DNA of 13,125 bases from Eubacteriales bacterium (GTDB taxonomy: Bacteria > Bacillota > Clostridia > Saccharofermentanales > UBA5734): positions 36,549-49,673 of the forward strand of contig JAQUDJ010000009.1 of assembly GCA_028685755.1 (NCBI GenBank). Reading direction: 5' to 3'. The notes under the pieces are model-generated. The model was not told the DNA's origin. It made no database searches and worked only from the letters and a program-made list of their open reading frames with translations. The stretch's first letter is position 1; the number at the start of each line of letters is the position of its first letter. This document shows positions 6,207 through 13,125 of the stretch, piece by piece. A program made the translations under genes and the position numbers.

Positions 6207-7129
6207 TGCATCCCGCAAACAAGTGGCGCCGCGCCAAACGCGAAACACCAATCTATCTCAAAACCGGCTTAATCCTAATCCTCGCACTGATCTTTGTTTT
6301 TCCAATCGTGATGACCATTCTCAATTCATTCATGTCATCGGATGAGATTGTCGCCAATTACGGCATGCTTTTCGACAAAAACACAGATCCCTGGGCGATG
6401 CCCACCGCGCCTGAATTGCCCTGGATTTCGCCATCTGCCCACTTTAAACTGATCCCAGACCTCGTATCCGTGCAACAATATGTTGAGATTCTTTTTAAAA
6501 GTACAGATTATTTGATTAAATTCTGGAACTCCGTTTTTCTGGTGCTTCCGATAGTCGCCGGGCAGATATTTATAGGTGCGCTTGCGGCTTATGGGTTCAC
6601 TCGCTTCCGTGGTCGGATTGCCCAACTGATTTTCTTTTCGTACATCATATTGATGTTGATGCCCTTTCAGGTCACACTCGTGCCCAATTATTTAGTTGCA
6701 GAATGGTTTGGTCTGCTTGACAACCCACTATCGATCATCCTGCCAGGCGTTTTCTCGACATTTAGTGTCTTTTTGCTGACCAAATACATGCGCCGGATCC
6801 CACGTGATTATTTAGAAGTTGCTCAACTCGATGGTGCCGGCCATTGGGCCATTTTCACCCAAATCATGCTGCCGATGTGTAAAACCGCCCTCTATTCCTT
6901 GGCGGTACTCGTGTTTATTGATTACTGGAACATGGTTGAGCAACCGATAATTTTCTTATCCGATCCGCTCAAGCATCCGTTGTCTGTCTTTCTCGTTAAA
7001 GTCAATGAAGGCGATATTGGTCTAGCCTTTGCGGCATCCACACTTTACATGATACCGGCGCTCCTCATGTTCTTTCATGGTGAACAGTACCTCGTTGAGG
7101 GCATTACACATTCTGGTTTGAAAGGATAA
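6206..7129 (+). CDS. Carbohydrate (CUT1-type) ABC transporter permease, MalG/UgpE-like
   Basis: The start overlaps the upstream stop by 1 nt (TGATG). GGAGGA lies at 6194-6199. The EAA loop is EVAQLDGAGHWAIFTQIMLPMCKTAL, and the N-terminus FVFPIVMTILNSF is typical. The first extracytoplasmic loop is enlarged (aa ~45-105). Confidence 0.88.
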   Translation: MHPANKWRRAKRETPIYLKTGLILILALIFVFPIVMTILNSFMSSDEIVANYGMLFDKNTDPWAMPTAPELPWISPSAHFKLIPDLVSVQQYVEILFKSTDYLIKFWNSVFLVLPIVAGQIFIGALAAYGFTRFRGRIAQLIFFSYIILMLMPFQVTLVPNYLVAEWFGLLDNPLSIILPGVFSTFSVFLLTKYMRRIPRDYLEVAQLDGAGHWAIFTQIMLPMCKTALYSLAVLVFIDYWNMVEQPIIFLSDPLKHPLSVFLVKVNEGDIGLAFAASTLYMIPALLMFFHGEQYLVEGITHSGLKG

Positions 7130-7132
7130 CCC

Positions 7133-8719
7133 ATGGACGATTATACACCGACAAAAGCAAGCCCCCGCACGCGCCTTGTCAGGCGTGCTACGGTCATTTT
7201 TTTTAGTGGCATGGCGGCGCTGACCTTGTTCTCCAATACAATTGTCAATTACTCCTTGCCGCGCGTACAGGTTAAAAATTTTGAATCAGGGATCATCTCG
7301 CGCCAAATTCAGACCGACGGTACAGTTGCCGCCTCATTACAACACACGATCAATTTCGGTGCGGCGCGGACTGTCGAAAAGGTCAATGTCGAAGTGGGGT
7401 CACCGGTCTTAGTTGGGGATGTGCTCGCGACCTTGAAAGCAACCGATGGATTAGAACTTTTGGAGATGGAAAAGGCATATGAAAATGCCCAGATCGATCT
7501 CGCGCGCATGAAAGAAACGGCGGCGACGACATCCGTCCCAGCCGCGGAAAAAGCAATCCAAGCCGCGGAAAAAGCGATCGCGGTCGCGTTGAAAACAATC
7601 ACTCGGAATGAGGAAGCTATTGTTGACGCAAAAGAAGCATTAGATACGGCTTGGGATGATCTTAAACAAGCGGCTGAGGATGCTGAAGACGATTTAAATG
7701 ATGCCCAAGACCTTCAAGAAGAAAAAGAAGATCTTTTAGTGGCCGCCCAACTGGCTCTGGACACAACAACAGAAACGCCGGGTACCACTGCATACATCGC
7801 GCTACAAGACGCAGTGACAGCTGCTGAACTTGCCCTTGAAGATGCGCAAGATTCAGTCGATTCATTCGAAAAAATCTTAGCTGATGCAAAAAAGGCTCGA
7901 GATCGAGGTCCGACAAGCTTTGAAGATAGTGTCGTTTTAGCCGAAGAAGCGTTAGTTGCTGCAAAAGAAGCACACATAGAAACTGTAGCTGCGCTTGCCC
8001 AAGCTCAACTTGATCTCACTGCGGCCAAGAAAACAGACGCACAGACCGCGAAAGATCGCACACGTGAGATCACCAAAGCAGAGAATAATCTGACCATTCA
8101 GAAGAAGAAACTTGATCAATTCAAATCAACGCAAGATGTCACTGAAATCAAGGCTGATTATGCTGGTCGCATTTCCAAATTGACGCTATCTGCTGGTGGC
8201 GTCATTAATCCGGCTGAAGCGATTGTGACGATTGATGCTGCCGACGCTAAATATGAATTGCGCGCCACACTGCCAATCGAGCAGGCAAAGGTACTTGTCA
8301 TCGGCGATCGTGCCGATGTGATGATGGGTAATATGGGCTGGGCGCAAGCTGTCTTGCGCGAAGTCCGTGAAGACAAAGATCAGCCAGGGATCGTTAAGCA
8401 GCTAATCTTTGATATTGATGGCGAGGTTACACTCGGCCAACAGGTTACGTTAAGTATTTATAAAATGAGTCGGCAGTACGATATCATCGTGCCCAATGCC
8501 GCGGTTCGTCAAGACGCGAATGGCAGCTTTATCCTCGTGATGAAGCAAAAAAATGGTCCACTCGGCAGCCGTTTCACTTTAGAGCGAGTCAGTGCAACCG
8601 TGCTCGAATCAGATAGCACGCGTGCTGCAGTCAGTGCAACAATTGACTATGGAACACCTCTCGTGACAGCCGCCAATAAGCCGGTAGAAGCCGGCAGTCG
8701 CGTTTTGCCAACCAAATGA
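7133..8719 (+). CDS. HlyD-family membrane-fusion protein (periplasmic adaptor subunit) with an exceptionally long coiled-coil hairpin
   Basis: AGGA lies at 7123-7126. There is an N-terminal TM (VIFFSGMAALTLFSNTIV). The lipoyl half-motifs are VEVGSPVLVGDVLATL and ADYAGRISKLTLSAGGVINPAEAIVTI. About 240 aa (aa ~100-345) are A/E/D/K/L-rich and heptad-like. The C-terminal beta-barrel/MP-type segments include IIVPNAAVRQDANGSFILVMK and LVTAANKPVEAGSRV. Confidence 0.85.
   Translation: MDDYTPTKASPRTRLVRRATVIFFSGMAALTLFSNTIVNYSLPRVQVKNFESGIISRQIQTDGTVAASLQHTINFGAARTVEKVNVEVGSPVLVGDVLATLKATDGLELLEMEKAYENAQIDLARMKETAATTSVPAAEKAIQAAEKAIAVALKTITRNEEAIVDAKEALDTAWDDLKQAAEDAEDDLNDAQDLQEEKEDLLVAAQLALDTTTETPGTTAYIALQDAVTAAELALEDAQDSVDSFEKILADAKKARDRGPTSFEDSVVLAEEALVAAKEAHIETVAALAQAQLDLTAAKKTDAQTAKDRTREITKAENNLTIQKKKLDQFKSTQDVTEIKADYAGRISKLTLSAGGVINPAEAIVTIDAADAKYELRATLPIEQAKVLVIGDRADVMMGNMGWAQAVLREVREDKDQPGIVKQLIFDIDGEVTLGQQVTLSIYKMSRQYDIIVPNAAVRQDANGSFILVMKQKNGPLGSRFTLERVSATVLESDSTRAAVSATIDYGTPLVTAANKPVEAGSRVLPTK
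7541..7582 (+). repeat. Tandem 2 x 21-nt direct repeat inside the MFP coiled coil (AAEKAIQ / AAEKAIA)
   Basis: gccgcggaaaaagcaatccaa (7541-7561) is followed by gccgcggaaaaagcgatcgcg (7562-7582). The first 18 nt differ at one position. The period of 21 nt equals one heptad. Confidence 0.8.
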
Positions 8720-10083
8720 AACGACTTGCGCTGCTCGCAGCTGTGCTTTGGACAACGACCGCCTTGTTGACCCAGGCGCTTGTGTTTACTGCACAGGGCC
8801 TCCTTTCAGAAACCACGCGCGACAATCAGGTCAAGACTTTTGCCGTCTATTTAGCGAAACCGGTGCCAAGCAATTCGGGTTCAACAGCCGGTTTTATTGC
8901 TGGATCAACAGCAGCCAAAGTGGCTGCTGCAGGCTTTACGAGCGATAGTGGGATCGGTTTGCAAGCGCGGGCAGTCGAAAGCATGCGACAATCTCTCAAG
9001 AAAGCGATTGCTGAACAACAAGTGCAAATAGTCGATGCATTTGCGGGCTTTTCTGAACAAGTGCTGACACGCGTTTCAATGGACAATCAAAGCAACGGCA
9101 CGATCACGGTGAATCTCACCGGAATCGGTGGGCGATTTGCCGATTTTCGCCAATTGCAGATTTTAAGTGGTTCGTTTATCAATGAACAAGATTGGAATGA
9201 ACGGTCAATCGTTCTCGATGAAACCGCGGCTTGGCAATTGTTTGGGGCGATCGATATTGCGGGTATGACGTTATCGATCCAGAACCACAATTACACCGTC
9301 AATGGAGTCGTGCGAATCCCTCAAAACGATCAGAATTTACTCGCTATCGCTGAGAAACCGCAAGCCTTTGTCAGTTATGCGGCGCTACACGCGCTAGATC
9401 CCCAATCGAGCATCACGGCATATGAGGTCAGACTGCCTGAACCAGTACCCGGTATGGGTCAAAGTTATTTTAATGATGCACTCAATGCCGGAGGGCTCAA
9501 CCCTAATGATGCGATCATCGTTCTGCACGAACAGCGTTTAACCTTCACCCACTTACTGGCAGATTGGGCAAAGATCGGGCGCCGAGCCATACAAGATTCG
9601 ACCATTGTCTTGCCCTGGTGGGAAAATGCGAACCGGGCTGCCGCTGATTGGGCTAGTGTGCTCATCGCCATATCAGGCATGGCGTTGCTTTTGCTGGGTT
9701 TAAGTGTTTCCAACTTGACTTGGCGGGAACAAAAAGTTCGACCAGCTCGTCCAATATGTTGGACACAAATCGGACAATTGAGCGCCGCCAGTCTGTTCGG
9801 CCTCGTGCTAGCGATGATTTTGATCCATGTGCACGGCGAGCTTGTTCCAAGTGGTTGGTCTTGGTTTTTCACCTTGCTTGGGATTTTACTTTTGCCTGCA
9901 GCACTCGTTACTGGTTTCGGAGGATTTCAGAAACTTCGAATCGTGTTACCAGATAAGACGCGTAGCCTTCAGGTTTTGCGATCAACCAGTCAATCTATAA
10001 CCGAAAAGACCCGTATTTACATACTTGTTTGGATCAAATGGCTGAAGTCGCACTGGCCAGCCACAAAGGAGACCCCCTTATGA
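8716..10083 (+). CDS. MacB-periplasmic-domain / FtsX-like ABC permease homologue with a divergent C-terminal TM bundle
   Basis: An ATGA overlap joins it to the MFP stop. It has an N-terminal TM and an A/G/S-rich linker. The MacB_PCD-like core is ITVNLTGIGGRFADFRQLQILSGSFINEQDWNERSIVLDETAAWQLFGAIDIAGMTLSIQNHNYTVNGVVR. Three C-terminal TM helices follow in FtsX-like topology, but the usual ER.rEIG..(K/R)alGA loop is not recognisable. No SD precedes the start, so translational coupling is presumed. Confidence 0.6.
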   Translation: MKRLALLAAVLWTTTALLTQALVFTAQGLLSETTRDNQVKTFAVYLAKPVPSNSGSTAGFIAGSTAAKVAAAGFTSDSGIGLQARAVESMRQSLKKAIAEQQVQIVDAFAGFSEQVLTRVSMDNQSNGTITVNLTGIGGRFADFRQLQILSGSFINEQDWNERSIVLDETAAWQLFGAIDIAGMTLSIQNHNYTVNGVVRIPQNDQNLLAIAEKPQAFVSYAALHALDPQSSITAYEVRLPEPVPGMGQSYFNDALNAGGLNPNDAIIVLHEQRLTFTHLLADWAKIGRRAIQDSTIVLPWWENANRAAADWASVLIAISGMALLLLGLSVSNLTWREQKVRPARPICWTQIGQLSAASLFGLVLAMILIHVHGELVPSGWSWFFTLLGILLLPAALVTGFGGFQKLRIVLPDKTRSLQVLRSTSQSITEKTRIYILVWIKWLKSHWPATKETPL

Positions 10084-12449
10084 ACACCCGTATGATTCAA
10101 AACCATTCCGTTATCGGTGAACCGAAAATGAAACGGCAACCGCTCCGATCATTAGCGCTGTTGCTAGTGATTACCCTGACCTTTGCGCTCCTGCTCCCTC
10201 TGACCGCGTGTGCCAAAAAACCAGCACTTGATCTTGGACTTGATCAAGTCGCAATCTATGATGCAGCTGAATATACGATTGGCGAACAATTTAACTATGT
10301 GCAAAATATGATTTGGTCCAATAACGAGATCATCGCCATGGCCATGGATGCGCAAGGCATGACGAGTTTAGTGCGGCTTAGCACCGACGGCCAGATACTC
10401 GGCAACATTTCACTAGCCCAGATTAAGAATTTACCAACCACCGAAAATATGGGCTCATCGGCATCGCTCGATGGTTTTTTTGCAGGACCCAATGGTAGCC
10501 TGATCGTGACGGTCACAGATTATAGCGACCCCGCAGCAACTGTGCGCACGCTTTACCAAATCGATTCAAATGGCACGATACTCAAGAGCTATCCAATCTT
10601 TACCGCAAAAAATGATGGCAGTACGACTGACTATGTGCAGAATTTAATTGTCGATGCACAAGGTCAAGTTTTACTTGTCTTTGGCACTCGCGTGGAATTA
10701 CTTGACACAAACGGCCAAAAAATCGGCGAATATAAATTAGACGGTCCCTATGTCGCGCTTGCGATGTTTATGCCCAATGGCCATCTCAGCCTAAGCTATT
10801 ACGAAAATGAAGGCGGCATGAGTTCAATCGAAGTTGATTTAAAAACTGGCACAAAAATTGCGGACATCAGCGTCTTGTCACAGTTTTTTAACACGCAGCC
10901 CCAACTCGGGAGCGATGGTCAGTATTATTTGAACGGTTATCAATATCTCTCCCGCTATGATGCTGCAACGAATGAAGTCGTCAAAATCATGAGCTGGCTC
11001 GACTTTGATCTCAATCGCAACAATCTCAGTTATTACTGGGTTGCTGCTCCGGATGGCAGCTTTTATTTCAGTGAATTCATTTACCCAGAAAGCAGCTTGC
11101 CAGACCCCAACACGGGAATGTACCCCAATCCAACCTTTAAGCTCGTCAAATTAACAAAGTCTGCTGACCAAACGGCGGCTAAAAAGACAACTATATCCAT
11201 CGGGGCATTCTGGATCAATGAAAGCCTGCGCAAAGCAATTATCGAATTTAGAAAAACCCACCCGGATGTTCGATTTACCATTTACGATTATTCAGATGGA
11301 ATTGATTACTCTAAAACGACAGCCTTTGATGATGCCATCGCGAGGATTAATGCGGATATTATCGCTGGAAAAATGCCAGATATGATGGTCACCAACTCAC
11401 TGCCGTGGAAAAACTACGCGAGTAAAGGCTTGTTTGATGACCTTGGCGCGCGGATGGACAAAGACAAGGATTTTGACCAAAGCCTCTTTTTGACGAATCT
11501 AATCGATGCGCAAAAGCTCAATGGCAAACTCTATTCACTCAGCAGTACAGCAGCACTAACCGGCATCATCGCATCACGCAATGTGGTTGGCGATCGGACA
11601 AGCTGGACCGTGCAAGACTTTCAAAATATCGTTGATCAGCAACCTGATCAGAAAAATGTCTTCTATCAAATGCCTGGCGAATCCATTCTCAGCATGCTTT
11701 TGATGGGCAATCTCGACGCTTTCATTGATAAGGAAGCCGGCAAGGCGAATTTTGACAGCCCTGAATTTATCCAATTACTAGAATTTGCCCAAAAATATGG
11801 TGTGCCACAAGATCAAATGGTCTATCAGGAAGGCGATGGCATGAATGCCGGCGAATATATTCCACCGGTCATTCAAACAACTTATATCAGTCGTTTTGAA
11901 GACTACGCAATGAATGTTCAACAGTTCCAGGGCAATGCCGTGATCCTCGGTTATCCATCACCGAAGCAAACGGGACCGATGCTACAAGTCAGCGCCCCTT
12001 TGGCGGTTGCTGCCAATAGTCGCAACAAAGAATTGATCTGGGAATTCATCAAATTTACGCTCAGCGAAGACATGCAGGATCAGGCAATCAAAAACTATGA
12101 GGGTTTTCCACTCTTGCGAGCAAGTCTTGAAAAAGCTGGAGCTCAAGCGATTATCGACACACAAAAGCAGTGGGAAGAACAGCAGAAACAAGAACAACAA
12201 GCAGGTGTTCAACCCATGGATGAATTGGCAAAAAGTTCAATCTGGTACGGGGTCTCACGTGTGACGCAGGCCGATGTCGACTACGTCATCGGCATATTGA
12301 ACCAAGCTGATACCGTACTCAGTTATGATGAGAAAGCCAACCAATTGATTTATGAAGAATCCACACCATTCTTTGCAGGTGACAAAACAGCAGCGGAGAC
12401 TGCTGCATCGATTCAAAGCCGCCTCAAAGCCTATATTGGCGAACAATAA
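10080..12449 (+). CDS. Large lipoprotein: N-terminal beta-propeller-like repeat module fused to a family-1 extracellular solute-binding domain (carbohydrate ABC SBP)
   Basis: The preferred start is the ATG at 10080 (ATGA overlap with the upstream stop; AAGGAG at 10066-10071, 8 nt upstream). The ORF-track start at 10029 lacks an RBS. The ATG at 10128 (MKRQPLRSLALLLVITLTFALLLPLTAC) is an alternative. The lipobox is L-T-A-C, with Cys at nt 10209-10211. The C-terminal half has SBP_bac_1-like features: DVRFTIYDY, GKMPDMMV, ASKGLFDDLG, LNGKLYSLS. Confidence 0.85.
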   Translation: MNTRMIQNHSVIGEPKMKRQPLRSLALLLVITLTFALLLPLTACAKKPALDLGLDQVAIYDAAEYTIGEQFNYVQNMIWSNNEIIAMAMDAQGMTSLVRLSTDGQILGNISLAQIKNLPTTENMGSSASLDGFFAGPNGSLIVTVTDYSDPAATVRTLYQIDSNGTILKSYPIFTAKNDGSTTDYVQNLIVDAQGQVLLVFGTRVELLDTNGQKIGEYKLDGPYVALAMFMPNGHLSLSYYENEGGMSSIEVDLKTGTKIADISVLSQFFNTQPQLGSDGQYYLNGYQYLSRYDAATNEVVKIMSWLDFDLNRNNLSYYWVAAPDGSFYFSEFIYPESSLPDPNTGMYPNPTFKLVKLTKSADQTAAKKTTISIGAFWINESLRKAIIEFRKTHPDVRFTIYDYSDGIDYSKTTAFDDAIARINADIIAGKMPDMMVTNSLPWKNYASKGLFDDLGARMDKDKDFDQSLFLTNLIDAQKLNGKLYSLSSTAALTGIIASRNVVGDRTSWTVQDFQNIVDQQPDQKNVFYQMPGESILSMLLMGNLDAFIDKEAGKANFDSPEFIQLLEFAQKYGVPQDQMVYQEGDGMNAGEYIPPVIQTTYISRFEDYAMNVQQFQGNAVILGYPSPKQTGPMLQVSAPLAVAANSRNKELIWEFIKFTLSEDMQDQAIKNYEGFPLLRASLEKAGAQAIIDTQKQWEEQQKQEQQAGVQPMDELAKSSIWYGVSRVTQADVDYVIGILNQADTVLSYDEKANQLIYEESTPFFAGDKTAAETAASIQSRLKAYIGEQ

Positions 12450-12638
12450 GCTAATCCCCTAGTTTGCCCATCAATTTGCCAAATCAAGCCCCACAGTAGG
12501 CAAGCCACGTTCGCTCAAAATGATAGTTGCTGATTTAGCTCAGGATGCTTATTATCAAAGACAGGACCATCGCTTTAAACACGCGTACGAGGCAACATCA
12601 CCAACAATCGAATAAGCCCTTGTTCAAAGGAGCAACAC

Positions 12639-13109
12639 ATGAAAATCGGGATCATTGTCTATTCTTACACAGGCAATACGTTTTCAGTCAGCGAAAAAAT
12701 CCGCACCAAGCTTGAACAAAAAGGGCACACCGTGGAAGTCAAACGGATCACTGCCAAGAACGACAATCCCAATACTCAACAAATGATTCAGTTGCTCGAC
12801 AACCCTTCGCTAGACGGTTACGACCGCGTAGTGCTCGGCACACCAGTGAATGGCTTTGCGCCCGCGGGTGTAATGCAAGAATTCTTAAAAAATCGCACAG
12901 ATTTAGCGCATCAAACCGTTGATCTTTTCGTGACACACTTTTTCCCGTTCCGATTTCTCGGCGGCAATCAATCCGTTGAACGAATGAGGCGCGATTGCCA
13001 AGCCAGTGGGGCGACGATTGGGCGCAGTGGCGTGATCAATTGGTCGAGTGCTAACCGCGAACGTGCTATCAATGCACTCGCCGAACAGTTTAGTTCCTTT
13101 GAGCTATAA
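12639..13109 (+). CDS. Flavodoxin-like fold protein (short-chain flavodoxin family)
   Basis: AGGAG at 12627-12631 lies 7 nt before the ATG. The N-terminus MKIGIIVYSYTGNT matches the flavodoxin FMN phosphate-loop signature pattern. The 156-aa length fits, with VVLGTPV as the second beta-strand motif. Confidence 0.8.
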   Translation: MKIGIIVYSYTGNTFSVSEKIRTKLEQKGHTVEVKRITAKNDNPNTQQMIQLLDNPSLDGYDRVVLGTPVNGFAPAGVMQEFLKNRTDLAHQTVDLFVTHFFPFRFLGGNQSVERMRRDCQASGATIGRSGVINWSSANRERAINALAEQFSSFEL

Positions 13110-13125
13110 TGCAGCAGGTCAGCTC

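Noticed and set aside
10029-10079. The ORF-track start at 10029 for the large lipoprotein (MDQMAEVALASHKGDPL...).
   Set aside because: No RBS precedes it, and it lies inside the 3' end of the upstream CDS. The ATG at 10080 has AAGGAG 8 nt upstream plus an ATGA stop/start overlap. The ATG at 10128 remains a possible alternative.
12524-12575. A tRNA-like 'TAGCTCAG' string (typical D-loop sequence) in the same spacer.
   Set aside because: The flanking bases do not form a proper D-stem (tagc versus gctt). No GTTCGAATC-type T-arm lies downstream in the right register, and no acceptor stem can be drawn. This is a chance match.
12520-12615. A 31-codon ORF (MIVADLAQDAYYQRQDHRFKHAYEATSPTIE) in the 189-nt spacer between the SBP gene and the flavodoxin gene.
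   Set aside because: It has no Shine-Dalgarno sequence upstream, no hydrophobic or otherwise recognisable peptide features, and a length within chance expectation. It could only be rescued by conservation or ribosome-profiling evidence.
12450-12638. An expected rho-independent terminator after the five-gene ABC operon.
   Set aside because: I found no GC-rich hairpin followed by a T-run in this spacer. ttgcc/ggcaa pairings are short and lack a U-tract. Termination here is unresolved, and read-through into the flavodoxin gene is possible.
281-12936. Numerous 60-135-aa ORFs in the track that are antisense to, or in alternative frames of, the long CDSs. Examples: 281-532(-), 1737-1928(-), 2956-3177(-), 3309-3509(+), 3534-3725(+), 3940-4203(+), 4240-4560(+), 5195-5419(-), 6335-6625(-), 7309-7977(-) group, 8158-8376(-), 8631-9290 group, 9465-9956 group, 10164-10516(-), 11081-12446(-) group, 12748-12936(-).
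   Set aside because: Each lies entirely within a longer ORF that has clear family motifs. They show biased, low-complexity or Arg/Ser/Cys-rich composition typical of off-frame translation, and I saw no RBS for them.
1-13125. Mobile elements, CRISPR arrays, integrase/transposase genes, toxin-antitoxin pairs and known defence-system signatures.
   Set aside because: No long direct or inverted terminal repeats or spacer-repeat periodicity were seen. No ORF shows transposase, integrase, nuclease or ATPase motifs. All long ORFs are accounted for by the envelope, transport and metabolic calls above.

Overview
Bacterial window, probably from a monoderm Bacillota-like organism. This is suggested by AGGAG-type ribosome-binding sites, a lipobox lipoprotein and a membrane-fusion protein with a very long coiled coil. 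Taxon is not determined, and I saw no rRNA, tRNA, CRISPR or mobile elements. There are three blocks. (1) 114-3862 (+) is a tightly packed four-gene operon: a small secreted protein, a SipW/ER-type signal peptidase I with a large extra C-terminal membrane/ecto module, a second small secreted protein with the same conserved post-signal-peptide motif, and a bitopic membrane protein. The cytoplasmic tail of that membrane protein is a T2SSE_N/MshEN-type domain with the tandem 24-aa motif architecture of a c-di-GMP receptor. I read this as an uncharacterised TasA/TapA/SipW-like extracellular fibre (matrix) module, possibly under second-messenger control. It is the best candidate for a novel system in this window. 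(2) 3859-5055 (-) is a FabV/Ter-type enoyl reductase, convergent with block 1 and overlapping its stop codon. (3) 5247-12449 (+) is a five-gene, translationally coupled operon of unusual composition. It has two CUT1-type sugar ABC permeases, a HlyD-type membrane-fusion protein, a MacB-periplasmic-domain/FtsX-like membrane protein, and an ~790-aa lipoprotein that fuses a beta-propeller-like repeat module to a family-1 solute-binding domain. No ATPase gene is present. A flavodoxin-like gene follows at 12639-13109. All functional calls come from reading motifs in the supplied translations; no database search was run.
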